This document shows positions 47,606 through 57,526 of a DNA stretch of 64,000 nt, one piece after another. Position numbers and translations under genes: made by a program. Source of the DNA: Candidatus Cloacimonadales bacterium (GTDB lineage: Bacteria > Cloacimonadota > Cloacimonadia > Cloacimonadales > DAONDQ01); assembly GCA_963662275.1 (NCBI GenBank), contig OY759316.1:3808001-3872000 (forward strand), written 5' to 3'. Every line of letters starts with the position of its first letter. Within the stretch, counting starts at the first letter, position 1. Under the pieces are notes generated by a model, which saw only the letters and a list, made by a program, of their open reading frames with translations, ran no database searches and was not told where the DNA came from.

Positions 47606-49819
47606 TTACAACGGTTTTGAAAGCTGCTTTGATAATACTTGATATAGAGAATCCCTTTCGATCGGTTTCATGATAAGCGCATTAAAAATGTTGCTTATAT
47701 CAAGATCACTTTCATCAGCTATTGCATAGGAACTAAGCCCTATCATAGACATAGATGGATTCGTACTCCTGATGAGCTTAGCAATCTGATATCCATTACA
47801 GGCAGGCATTTCCAGATCTATCAGGATCGCACTGATTTGCGAATTAACATTTACATTTCCAACTGTTTCCTGCTCGATATTGCCTTCAATGATCCTGGCT
47901 CCTGTCATTTCCAGCATACTACGGATGATCGTCATTGTGATTTTATCGTCTTCCACAATCATAATTGAATATTTCGTAAAATCAGGGATCTCTTCTTTTA
48001 TCTGATCCTGTCCTTCTGCATCAATTTGAACATCATAGCTTTCACAGGGAAGCTCCAGATAAAAACTGCTTCCTTTGCCTTCTGCGGAATCAAGGATCAG
48101 TTTACCGTTCATGATTTCAGTCGCCTTTTTCGAGATTGCCAAACCGATGCCGATACCTTTATAAATACGTGTATTGCTGATATCTCCCTGGCGGAAGAAA
48201 TCATAGATGATTTCCTGCTTTTCAGCAGCGATACCGATACCTGTGTCTTTGACGTAATATTGTATCAGGTTTTCGGATAATAACTGAAAACCAAACTCTA
48301 TCTTGCCTGTATGCGTAAATTTAATGGCATTGCTGAAGAGATTGCTTAACACTTGATTCACTTTGCCGACATCAATAGTGATGATTAGATTTTCAGATAT
48401 GGAAGCGGGGGAAAATACAAGCTCCACGACATCCTGCTTCCCTGATAATGCTAAAAGGTTTTCCAAATAATCTCTGTTTCTCTTAAAATGTTCAGCACAA
48501 TTGACTGTTTGTACACGTGGCTGCAGGATACCCTGGTCAGCAATTGCCAAATCAAAGATATCCTGGATCATTGTTAACAGCACATCACCGCTATTATAAA
48601 TAAGTGTGGCATAATTCAAGATTTCATTCTGACTTTTAGCTTTTGTGATCAACTGGCTGAAACCCATGATATGATTTAAAGGTGTACGCAGTTCATGATT
48701 CATAGATGCGAGAAAAGCTGATTTAAGCTGATCACTTTCTTCGGCTTTTTCCTTTTCAATAATGAGCTCTTCTTTCACTTTATAGAGTGACACCAGCATC
48801 AGGTTAATGCTCTTGGAAAGATCAGTTAGTTCATCGTTACCACTATATTCCACACTTCCCTGCTGATCAGGATGCAAAGCGATTTCTTTGATTTGTTCCT
48901 GAGCCAGGATGACTCGTTCGATTATCTTTTTATTGATATTGCGATACAAAATATAGCTCTGGATCATAAAAATCAGGATGAATATCAGGAGAATTAAGTT
49001 TCTTGTCGTTTTTTCAATTTTTGTTGCTTCCATGGTACTGCTAACTTCTACCCAAAAGACATCTACACCATTGATATCCTTGATAGTATCCATCGCAGAG
49101 ATCATAGATTCCCCTGAAAAACGTATTTTATCACCGGATTTAATATGTAACAATAATAATTTAATCTTGGGATTCACGATCATCATTCTACTTAAATCAA
49201 TAGCAGAAACTTGTATGTTTCGAAAACCGGGTAGTTTTGTAATATAATCTTCCTTCAAAAAGCGTGCCATAAGTAAATAACCATTAATAGGTCCACTGAG
49301 ATCACTTTTCAAGACAGGAATAATGACAAACATCACGCTACCACCGGGAGTCTTTAACAAGCCCTTGTACGTATCCTGCTCAGCCAGCTTCTTCAGCTCT
49401 GGATGAAACCCTCGCAGGAATGGTTCAAGCATTGGTGGGATCGCTGTAACACTCTGATTTTCCAGGTCACAGTAACCTGCATATAGAATTTTCCCATCAT
49501 TATTGAAAATAGCAGATATATTCATATCGTAATTGAAGTATGTATTGGAAGTAAAATTGGTCTCGATGAATCTTTGATTAGGTTTGCTCACATACTCCCA
49601 GGTATCATCCCAATGTGCCCAATCTCGCGTAGTCTTTTCCATTTCTAAATATGTCTGATCGATTGTCTCTTGCAATCTTCCCAATTTTGAAAGTATGGCA
49701 TTCTTTTCCATATTCATAAAGGAATGATTAATTACCTGGTTAGTCGTGAGCAGGATAACACCCAGGAAGATCAGAGCTACAATGTTAATGCTTATAAGAG
49801 TACTATACTTGATGCTCAT
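47606..49819 (-). CDS. Hybrid sensor histidine kinase (CHASE4-HAMP-HisKA-HATPase-REC)
   Basis: DWAHWDDT CHASE4 motif, HELRTPL, NAIKFT, DTGIG, GIGLAI; receiver EDD...D...KP. Confidence 0.9.
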   Translation of the reverse strand: MSIKYSTLISINIVALIFLGVILLTTNQVINHSFMNMEKNAILSKLGRLQETIDQTYLEMEKTTRDWAHWDDTWEYVSKPNQRFIETNFTSNTYFNYDMNISAIFNNDGKILYAGYCDLENQSVTAIPPMLEPFLRGFHPELKKLAEQDTYKGLLKTPGGSVMFVIIPVLKSDLSGPINGYLLMARFLKEDYITKLPGFRNIQVSAIDLSRMMIVNPKIKLLLLHIKSGDKIRFSGESMISAMDTIKDINGVDVFWVEVSSTMEATKIEKTTRNLILLIFILIFMIQSYILYRNINKKIIERVILAQEQIKEIALHPDQQGSVEYSGNDELTDLSKSINLMLVSLYKVKEELIIEKEKAEESDQLKSAFLASMNHELRTPLNHIMGFSQLITKAKSQNEILNYATLIYNSGDVLLTMIQDIFDLAIADQGILQPRVQTVNCAEHFKRNRDYLENLLALSGKQDVVELVFSPASISENLIITIDVGKVNQVLSNLFSNAIKFTHTGKIEFGFQLLSENLIQYYVKDTGIGIAAEKQEIIYDFFRQGDISNTRIYKGIGIGLAISKKATEIMNGKLILDSAEGKGSSFYLELPCESYDVQIDAEGQDQIKEEIPDFTKYSIMIVEDDKITMTIIRSMLEMTGARIIEGNIEQETVGNVNVNSQISAILIDLEMPACNGYQIAKLIRSTNPSMSMIGLSSYAIADESDLDISNIFNALIMKPIERDSLYQVLSKQLSKPL

Positions 49820-49830
49820 GCCATATGCTC

Positions 49831-50787
49831 CTAATACTTTAGCATCTTTAGTGATTTACGCGCTATGCTTGAAAGCTGATAGCGCACATCCCTATATGAT
49901 CCCCGAATACTAGCGCTTAGAAATTCTCTATTTTTATTCTCTAATTTAAGCGAAGAAGTCAATTTTGGTAACTTGATCTTTTGTTGAATTGCCCAGTGAA
50001 TCAGGTGTTGAATCTCATGATACGACGAAAATGCCTGTTTAGTCCAATGTTCCCAGGGTTTGGGACTCAATCCAAAATGAATGCAATATGCATTTGGATC
50101 TTTATCCATTAGATATCCATAAATCTGCGGAGCCTGTGAAGAAAAGGCAAATAATGAATTCAAGACAGATTCATCTGTCATCGAATACGCCACACTATCA
50201 CTGGCATACACTCCTTTCGTTCCAAGTGGAATCACTTTTTCCATCTGTGACTGCCATAAAGAGATAAAGGGTAGATGAGCTTTTGTAAGAACAAAGCAAT
50301 TTGTCTGGCATACGCTGCTAATTTGCGATTGTTTCAAATCATTTACATCGTCTTTCCATTGAGATAATACTTTCTTCGGAATATCACCGCTTCTATCCTC
50401 TCTTCCATAATAATTACGATAGACAGATGCGTTTTCAATACATCCTCGAAAACGAATTTGAAGCTTTCCATCCGGACAAACAAAGAATGGTTCCAGATTT
50501 CCATGTGCCAGGCAATCAGCATCCATCCATACGATAATATCAGTCTTGGCAGTCAATATTGCCATGGGTTTTTGTGTGCATACACTTCGTTCATCCAGCC
50601 TGGTTGTCGGAAATACTACTGTGTCAGGTATGCTCTGTAATATCTCCACATCATTTTCGCAAAGATCATATCCCAAAACATGATACATGCTTTTGATACC
50701 ATAAAATCTTAAAGACAAACCTAGAAGCACTGCACCCCACACAAATTTGTCATCGCATGCAGTAACAATAGTTGAGTTGCTGCTCAT
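49831..50787 (-). CDS. GT-A fold (GT8-like) glycosyltransferase
   Basis: WMDAD DxD motif, DESVLN and HFGLSPKPW. Confidence 0.65.
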   Translation of the reverse strand: MSSNSTIVTACDDKFVWGAVLLGLSLRFYGIKSMYHVLGYDLCENDVEILQSIPDTVVFPTTRLDERSVCTQKPMAILTAKTDIIVWMDADCLAHGNLEPFFVCPDGKLQIRFRGCIENASVYRNYYGREDRSGDIPKKVLSQWKDDVNDLKQSQISSVCQTNCFVLTKAHLPFISLWQSQMEKVIPLGTKGVYASDSVAYSMTDESVLNSLFAFSSQAPQIYGYLMDKDPNAYCIHFGLSPKPWEHWTKQAFSSYHEIQHLIHWAIQQKIKLPKLTSSLKLENKNREFLSASIRGSYRDVRYQLSSIARKSLKMLKY

Positions 50788-50998
50788 TACTTATTACGTC
50801 CAATTTCAGTATCGAAGCCATTTAATACCCAATAATGACTAGAATTTATGCCAGTCGTTACATAGAACTAATGAGAATAGAAGTAGTACCAGTTTTTTTA
50901 TGCTAAATTTCAAAATAGAACAATCTGATAATTCTTGTCAACTTGTTTCAATTGGTATTCAGTACTTACATGCTCTTTCGTAAAGCAGAATGCTGATC

Positions 50999-51643
50999 CT
51001 ACTCCCAATCTCCAGGTTCATCCAACTTTCCAATCCTCTGCAAAGCAGTTTTGCTTGCTTCATAGGAAAAGCCTTTTCTCACAAGATATTCCATACATTT
51101 TTGGAAACGTTCGCGTGGTGGATGTTTTCTGAATCTATCTAATGCTTTACGGGCAGTGTCTTTTAAAATTTGCTTTTCCATCTCAATGGAGAAATGCTCC
51201 TGCAGAACTTCTGTAATAACATCTGAATCAATTCCTGCAGCTTTCAGCTTCATCCGTATTTCTATGCGGCTTTTACCTTTTTCAGCTTGGGAATGAACCA
51301 GCATTTCAGCATAGCGATGATTATCAACATAGCCTTTGTTTTCTGCATTCATAATGAGTTCATCAGCGATTATAGGGTTTAACAGGAGTTTCCTTAAGAA
51401 AACTTTACATTCCCGAGTCGTACGTTCACGGGCTGCAAGATGATCAAGCAGTTTATTCCAGGCATATTTACGTATTTCAGCCAGTATTTCAGTAAATAAT
51501 TCTTCATTTACTAACGGTTCAGTTTCATTTCCCAAAAAAGAAAAGAGGATCCTTTTAGTAAGGATCCCCCATACTTTATCTTCTTCAGAAATAATGAGCT
51601 GTTGTGAATAACCTGGTCTAGATACTATCTTCAGATGTTTCAT
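50999..51643 (-). CDS. recX: Regulatory protein RecX
   Basis: Overlaps the recA end; [15 protein letters not shown] and LVRKGF motifs. Confidence 0.85.
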   Translation of the reverse strand: MKHLKIVSRPGYSQQLIISEEDKVWGILTKRILFSFLGNETEPLVNEELFTEILAEIRKYAWNKLLDHLAARERTTRECKVFLRKLLLNPIIADELIMNAENKGYVDNHRYAEMLVHSQAEKGKSRIEIRMKLKAAGIDSDVITEVLQEHFSIEMEKQILKDTARKALDRFRKHPPRERFQKCMEYLVRKGFSYEASKTALQRIGKLDEPGDWE

Positions 51644-52664
51644 CTTTCATAGGTGCTTCAAAGGCAGCAGGTGTAATAACTTGCTTAATCTGCTCTACAA
51701 TCGTCTTCATAATCTCAGGATTGTCTTTCATATAGACTTTAACTTTGTCAGATCCTTGTCCGAGTCGGACATCACCATAAGAGAACCAGGAGCCGGATTT
51801 CTTGACGATATCGTTATTGACGGCAAGATCAAGTACGATATCCAGATGAGAAATGCCTTCTCCAAAGATGATGGGGAATTCCACAACTTTAAAAGGTGGA
51901 GCAAACTTATTCTTCACGATTTTAACTTTTGTACGAGCGCCAATCACAACATTATCTGCCCCAACTTCCTTAATAGCACCACCATTACGTACTTCCAGGC
52001 GTACAGAAGAATAAAATTTCAACGCCACACCACCAGTCGTTGTTTCAGGATTTACATAAGATGGAACGCCAATCTTCATTCGGGTCTGGTTAATGAAGAT
52101 GACAGCTACATTGGATTTGGAAACAATAGCAGTTAGCTTACGCAGTGCTTGAGACATCAAACGGGCTTGCAGTCCAACATGACTGTCACCCATATCACCT
52201 TCGATTTCCTGCTTGGGAACGAGGGCAGCTACGGAGTCAACAATAATGAGATCAATAGCGTTACTGCGTACGAGAGCTTCCACGATTTCCAAGGCTTGTT
52301 CACCACCATCTGGCTGGGAAAGAAGGAGGTTATCGATATCCACCCCAAGTCTCTTGGCGTATGATGGATCAAGGGCATGTTCAGCATCTACAAATGCGAC
52401 AATGCCACCCAATATCTGTGCCTGTGCAGCAATATGAAGCGATAATGTTGTTTTACCAGAGGCTTCCGCACCGTATATTTCTGTGATTCTTCCTTTAGGA
52501 ATACCACCAATACCTAGAGCGATATCTAAATTCATAGCACCTGTGGGAATGACATCAACTGCGACGATGGGTTTGTCACCCATCCGCATAAGTGTGCCAA
52601 TGCCGTATTTCTTTTCCAATTGGCTGATTGCTGTTTTTAAGGCTGCTTCTTTTGCTTTATCCAT
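51618..52664 (-). CDS. recA: Recombinase RecA
   Basis: [22 protein letters not shown] and [18 protein letters not shown] before ATG 52664. Confidence 0.99.
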   Translation of the reverse strand: MDKAKEAALKTAISQLEKKYGIGTLMRMGDKPIVAVDVIPTGAMNLDIALGIGGIPKGRITEIYGAEASGKTTLSLHIAAQAQILGGIVAFVDAEHALDPSYAKRLGVDIDNLLLSQPDGGEQALEIVEALVRSNAIDLIIVDSVAALVPKQEIEGDMGDSHVGLQARLMSQALRKLTAIVSKSNVAVIFINQTRMKIGVPSYVNPETTTGGVALKFYSSVRLEVRNGGAIKEVGADNVVIGARTKVKIVKNKFAPPFKVVEFPIIFGEGISHLDIVLDLAVNNDIVKKSGSWFSYGDVRLGQGSDKVKVYMKDNPEIMKTIVEQIKQVITPAAFEAPMKDETSEDSI

Positions 52665-52739
52665 GCTTTGGTCCTCCATTAATTATTCATTTCATATATC
52701 GTGTTTTAATATTCAGTAAGAGCAGAGTCTTATTCAACG

Positions 52740-53294
52740 TTATAGATTCAAATCATATTCATCGATTGCTCTATATATTGGACCCGTAGGTGTTAATCGA
52801 CTTTCAAACAAGACAAGATTAGAAAGAGTACATTCCGTCAAGGGAAGAAATGTACTGTTAATTTCCCGTTCTGAAGCTACCGGCAATACAGTCTTAATGC
52901 GCCCTAAAGTTACATGATACTGAAGTGGTTTAATATCCGGTTCATATCCCATTTCCCTAAAAATCCGCCGAAACTCCTGCAGGAATTTAGGTATCAGTTG
53001 TTCTTCTGAATGGAATTTAAGCCACAAAATACGGGGATGATTTGCCGGATAGATTTCACAACCCTGATAAGTAATTTTTACCGGATACAGCAATCCAACC
53101 TTGGAAGCAATAAATTCCCTAAGCTCTGGAAGATCTGATGTTTTCACCTCACCCATGAATTGCACTGTGAAATGCAACTGATGAGAAGCTACCCAATTAA
53201 TTCCCTGCGGATATCTTCTTTTGTAAAGAGCAAGCAGCTCTGAGATTGGACGCAATACATCTGCAGGTAAGGTAAATGCAATAAATAATCTCAT
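52740..53294 (-). CDS. thpR: RNA 2',3'-cyclic phosphodiesterase (2H family)
   Basis: MRLFIA, HFTV and HVTL motifs, ESRL..TGPIY. Confidence 0.9.
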   Translation of the reverse strand: MRLFIAFTLPADVLRPISELLALYKRRYPQGINWVASHQLHFTVQFMGEVKTSDLPELREFIASKVGLLYPVKITYQGCEIYPANHPRILWLKFHSEEQLIPKFLQEFRRIFREMGYEPDIKPLQYHVTLGRIKTVLPVASEREINSTFLPLTECTLSNLVLFESRLTPTGPIYRAIDEYDLNL

Positions 53295-53327
53295 ATGCTG
53301 CCTACTAAATCAAGAACGAAGTTTTGC

Positions 53328-53813
53328 TCAACGCTTATACCCAATATCCAATAAGAACTTCTTACGTGCTGAGACATCTGTGTCTAGTTCGGTACCTTTA
53401 GGTGAAAAGCCATCCACAATGCCTATGACACCTCTACCCAAATCCGTTTTAGCTAAGATCACATCTACTGGATTTGCTGTTGCACAAAAGATATTCACAA
53501 CCTCCCGACAGTCTTTGATTGCAGGTAGGACATTGATTGGGTAAGCATTTCGCATGACGATCAGAAATGTGTGACCTGCCCCGATTCGACGCATATTCTC
53601 AACTGCTAGCTCAATAAGATCGAAGTCATTTCCTTCTTTACGCAGTAAACAAGGACCTGATGCTTCAGCAAAGACCAATCCGAATTTTACTTGGGGAACT
53701 GAATTGATCATAGCTTCATACAAATCTTCAACTGTTTTGATAAAATGCGCTTGTCCGAAGATGATATTGCAATCTTCAGGGACTTTGATTCTTTCAACGA
53801 TGTTTTCCATCAT
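53328..53813 (-). CDS. Adenosine-specific kinase family protein
   Basis: GQAHFIKTVED, EASG, CATANP and C-terminal GYKR. Confidence 0.85.
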   Translation of the reverse strand: MMENIVERIKVPEDCNIIFGQAHFIKTVEDLYEAMINSVPQVKFGLVFAEASGPCLLRKEGNDFDLIELAVENMRRIGAGHTFLIVMRNAYPINVLPAIKDCREVVNIFCATANPVDVILAKTDLGRGVIGIVDGFSPKGTELDTDVSARKKFLLDIGYKR

Positions 53814-53868
53814 CTACTCCTTTCAAAAAAGTGAGAAAACAGATCTAAATTATTTTCATATTCCTTCT

Positions 53869-54672
53869 TTACGGCTGCAACGTCAGCTCCAAAAGCATCA
53901 TTAATGCAAAACCAATCAGTACACTGACTGTAGCAAAATGATTATGTTTATCTCTTTCCGCTTCCGGTATTATTTCCTCTGCAACTACATAAATCATGGC
54001 ACCTGCTGCAAAAGCCAAAGCATAAGGTAGAACTGGTTTGGCAAAGAATGCCAGGGACGCTCCTATGACTGCGGCAATGGGTTCAACCATTCCAGAGAAC
54101 TGTCCCCAGAAGAAACTCTTTAACCTGCTCATCCCATGTCCATGTAGTGGGAGTGAGACTGCTGCTCCTTCAGGGAGATCCTGCAATGCTAAACCTGCTG
54201 TCAGTGCCAGAGCTCCGGCTATCGTAGCTCCTGATCCAGCATCGCCGCCAGAAGCTGCTACAGCCCCAAAGCCAACACCCACAGCCAGCCCTTCCGGTAT
54301 GTTATGGAGAGTGATGGCTAAAAAGAGCAAAGTTTCTTTACCCCAAGGGGTCTTGATTCCTTCATGAGTTTTTGCATTACGATGTTGATGAGGAATGAAA
54401 TGATCTAACGAACGCAAGAACAATCCTCCCAGTAAAAAACCGCAAATTGGTGGAAACCACCAACCATTTGATAAAGATATAGCTGGAGCTAAAAGAGACC
54501 AGTAGGAAGCAGCAATCATGATTCCAGCAGCAAAACCCAGCATGGTTTCAAGAAAAAGCTTGTTGATCTTATGAAAAAAGAAAACTGTTGCTGAACCGAT
54601 AGCTGTTGCTATCCATGTAAAGCCAGTACCAATCAGCGCTTGGACAACAGGGTTCAATTCACTAAACATCAT
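53869..54672 (-). CDS. ZIP family metal transporter (ZupT/GufA-like)
   Basis: GFAAGIM, HNIPEG, PEGAA and AAGAM motifs. Confidence 0.92.
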   Translation of the reverse strand: MMFSELNPVVQALIGTGFTWIATAIGSATVFFFHKINKLFLETMLGFAAGIMIAASYWSLLAPAISLSNGWWFPPICGFLLGGLFLRSLDHFIPHQHRNAKTHEGIKTPWGKETLLFLAITLHNIPEGLAVGVGFGAVAASGGDAGSGATIAGALALTAGLALQDLPEGAAVSLPLHGHGMSRLKSFFWGQFSGMVEPIAAVIGASLAFFAKPVLPYALAFAAGAMIYVVAEEIIPEAERDKHNHFATVSVLIGFALMMLLELTLQP

Positions 54673-54840
54673 ACTTACCTCAATTCAGATGGATATCATG
54701 TGGCTATCGTTATTCATTGTGATCATACGGACACGTTAGACACATACCATCCTTATTTAATAATAGTTAGTATTGTAAAATGAATTAATGTTTTTGTGAA
54801 GTCAAGTTTTTTATTTATTAGTTCTTATCTCTAAAAAAAT

Positions 54841-56701
54841 GAGACTGTTCAAAATTAACCTCCATTTTACGCAGCCTTATTGGTAGTGACAGAGAAAAAG
54901 TGGTCTAAGTGCGACCAATCCACATTTTCTTGACATATGCGGGAGATATTTAAACTTGCTAAAAGTGATTCCTGACGCATGATTGGTTGACCTTTATCGA
55001 CCAGTTCTTTGAACCAAAGCGAAAACACAAGGTTGCGGGTGGTTTCTTCAGATTTTAGTCCAAATCTACCGGATGTCACCTTCTTGATTTTGCGGTTCCA
55101 GCGTTCAGAGACATTGGAAGTCAAACCTTTGCTGAGGTGTCTCCAATCACTAATGATATTGCTTTTGATGTATTCGGCGGCGGTTGGGGGAGTAATAGCT
55201 GTCAGGCTTGCGATACCCTTTTTCCTTCCGCCCGCCGTTTCTCTTCGGAAAGCTTTCATAATCCTCTTCTTAAAGAACTTGTCCCTGTCTTCAGGGAGAT
55301 GACATTGACTGATTCTTTTGAAGAGATTTCGTATCTTATGGAACTTACAGAGTTGGTAATGGACTTTTGGAAACACTGTTTTTCTTGCAACTGCTAACGA
55401 TTTACTGCCATCACTGACAATCAGGGTTGGATCTTTCCTGTAGAGCTGTCTGAAGGTTCTGAAACATGCTTCGAATGATTCTTTCTTTGTGTCAGGATAC
55501 AACTCACAAAACAGAGGGATGTGAGTCACAAAATCAACAATACTGATGACATAGTACGGAATACCTTTGATCTTCACATATTTCTCATCAATGCTGATCT
55601 TTCCGCTCCACTTACCGATTGAGTTCAGAATCAGGCTCTGCAGGTCAGCGATTTCATGCCAGAGATTTGAGACTGTAGCTTTACAGGTGTTGAGCAGCAA
55701 AGCTATCGTCTCGAAGTTCATACCGCTTCCAACCAGGTAATGTACCAGCAGACACAGGTTCTTGCGTTCCAGACTATGGAACGGCTTTGCATCGGCGGTT
55801 CTATGGGATGTATTGCCTTTAGCAGTCTTCATTTGTTCCAGGAGTCTGTCACAGATAACAGGTGTATTCTGCTGACCGGCAAGCAGTTTCAGCAGATGTA
55901 CAGCATCACCGCCTACTGTCTTTTTCAGAAGAAGCTTCTGAGCTTGCTTAACTACAGACAGAGAATTGACCTGAGAAGCATATTTGCAGAAAGTGGTATA
56001 GGACATTTTAAAATCATGATGGCTGATGAACTCCTGATACATGACATTTAAAGGTAAAAGCAGGTTATTGATAACAAAATTCTCGATCTGAGGAATACAC
56101 TCCAGCAGGTCAACTTTCCGGCTTAAATATGCCAGGATATCATGACCATGCTGCTCAAACTCTTGCCAGAAATTATGTACATTCCTGCGGTCTGCGTAGT
56201 TAAACAGATCAGCTATTTGCTGAAGTGTAAGGAGGTTGTCTCCGCCTATTCCTACTAATAAGCGTAGAAACGCTATTAAGAACTTGTGGTTTGATGTTGT
56301 CTCAGGCAAAGTGAATGAAAATGGTACGTTAATACTTACATGGTATTGGTTACTTTCATGACTAACACTTACCGCTTCTTGAATTGGAGTGTTTTTTTGT
56401 CATAATATCCTCCCTTTTGTTACCAGGTAACAAATGCCATTGAAGCTATAGCAAAAAACTTGTAAAGAACTATTTTATATGATTTTAACTACACATTTAG
56501 TCAGAAACGGCTTCGAAACATTACTTATAATCGCGTGTTTTTCAATTTTAGTCAAAAAGCTTAACTTGTGATTTGGTGTCCTTAGCAGAGCTTATCTGTC
56601 AATTCTGGAAGGTATGTTAAATTATGACCGTTTCGACCACTTTTTTCAACTTGCTACTTTCTAACTTATTGAATATTATGAATAACTTCATGAACAGTCT
56701 C
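54841..56701 (-). mobile_element. Mutator/IS256-superfamily insertion sequence (1861 bp)
   Basis: Terminal IR GAGACTGTTCA/TGAACAGTCTC; 8-bp TSD AAAAAAAT at 54833-54840 and 56702-56709. Confidence 0.9.
54867..56403 (-). CDS. DDE transposase (MULE-type); 5' end frameshifted at an A7 run
   Basis: IDEK, IVSDG, CKFH (CxxH) and SNVSE motifs; RBS+ATG at 56403 is one base out of frame with ORF 54867..56309. Confidence 0.8.
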
Positions 56702-56755
56702 AAAAAAATAGCATGAGAATGATTTATATGCCACTATCAGTCCTCTTACATCAGA

Positions 56756-56824
56756 ACCGCAGCACTACCGCAACACTACCGCTACACTACCGCAGGACCA
56801 CCGCTCCTAGGAGCGGTAGTGTTG
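56756..56824 (+). repeat. 11-bp tandem repeat with terminal palindrome
   Basis: Five 11-bp units starting ACCGC (first three ACCGCnnCACT), ending in ACCGCTCCTAGGAGCGGT. Confidence 0.8.
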
Positions 56825-56942
56825 GGGTCATGTTGCCGTATTTATATGGTTCTTTCTTCCTGGTATTCCAAGAGACAAGAAGATGGGATTTGATATGTAA
56901 GCTAAGGCATTTGGAGTTATATGAAAGCTGAGGTTTTGGAGT

Positions 56943-57205
56943 TCATCTCAGCCTGTCTGCCATCTTCAGGGGGAAACTCCGGTTCACCCGAAGTGCATCA
57001 TTCCAGAAGATTTTGGTCTTCGCTTAAGGCTAGCAAGCTCGACATTGTATCCTGCCGAATCGAGTTCGTTATCCTACGGACTGCTGTTTCGTCATTTGTT
57101 ACTCCCCACCCCATCTCACGATGACGCAGTTACATAGACTACCAGGCATGACGTAGCCTGAAATGGGACTTGCACCCATCCGATTTCTATCTATCACTAT
57201 CGTAC
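56943..57205 (-). mobile_element. 5' fragment (263 nt) of the group IIC intron
   Basis: Matches 23391..23653 with two mismatches seen; the flanking 25 nt of 5' exon are also identical. Confidence 0.9.
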
Positions 57206-57333
57206 TAACGCTCGGATTTCAATCCGGCGAAATAACTATTTGATGTCCTTGAATTTCCAAACACCTTTCACACTTACTATTGCGAACGTTACACTCAACA
57301 AGTCATAAAGGGAAATATGGTATGATTACTATA

Positions 57334-57402
57334 GCATTACGGTACAAATACGGTTTTTTACCGTAATGCTACTGTATTGCTACCGTATTGGTACCGTAAT
57401 GC
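57334..57402 (-). repeat. 11-bp tandem repeat, inverted copy of 26300..26367
   Basis: Reverse complement GCATTACGGTACCAATACGGTAGCAATACAGTAGCATTACGGTAAAAAACCGTATTTGTACCGTAATGC. Confidence 0.85.
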
Positions 57403-57526
57403 TTTTTAGGGATAAAAGAAACCGTACTATTCGGGAGAATTTGTCGTTTGTATTCTCATCCTTGACAAACAAGCTTCATATTCTTCATATGAAAAGTCAG
57501 TTCTATTGATACTTGCGAGGTAATCA

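Noticed and set aside
54772..54840. Promoter-targeted insertion of the Mutator-type IS
   Set aside because: A TTGACT lies 27 bp from the TSD but has no properly spaced -10, so targeting is unsupported.
56756..56824. ops/JUMPstart element (GCGGTAG on the minus strand)
   Set aside because: Not in the EPS leader, lacks the full GGCGGTAG, and is better explained as the 11-bp repeat family.
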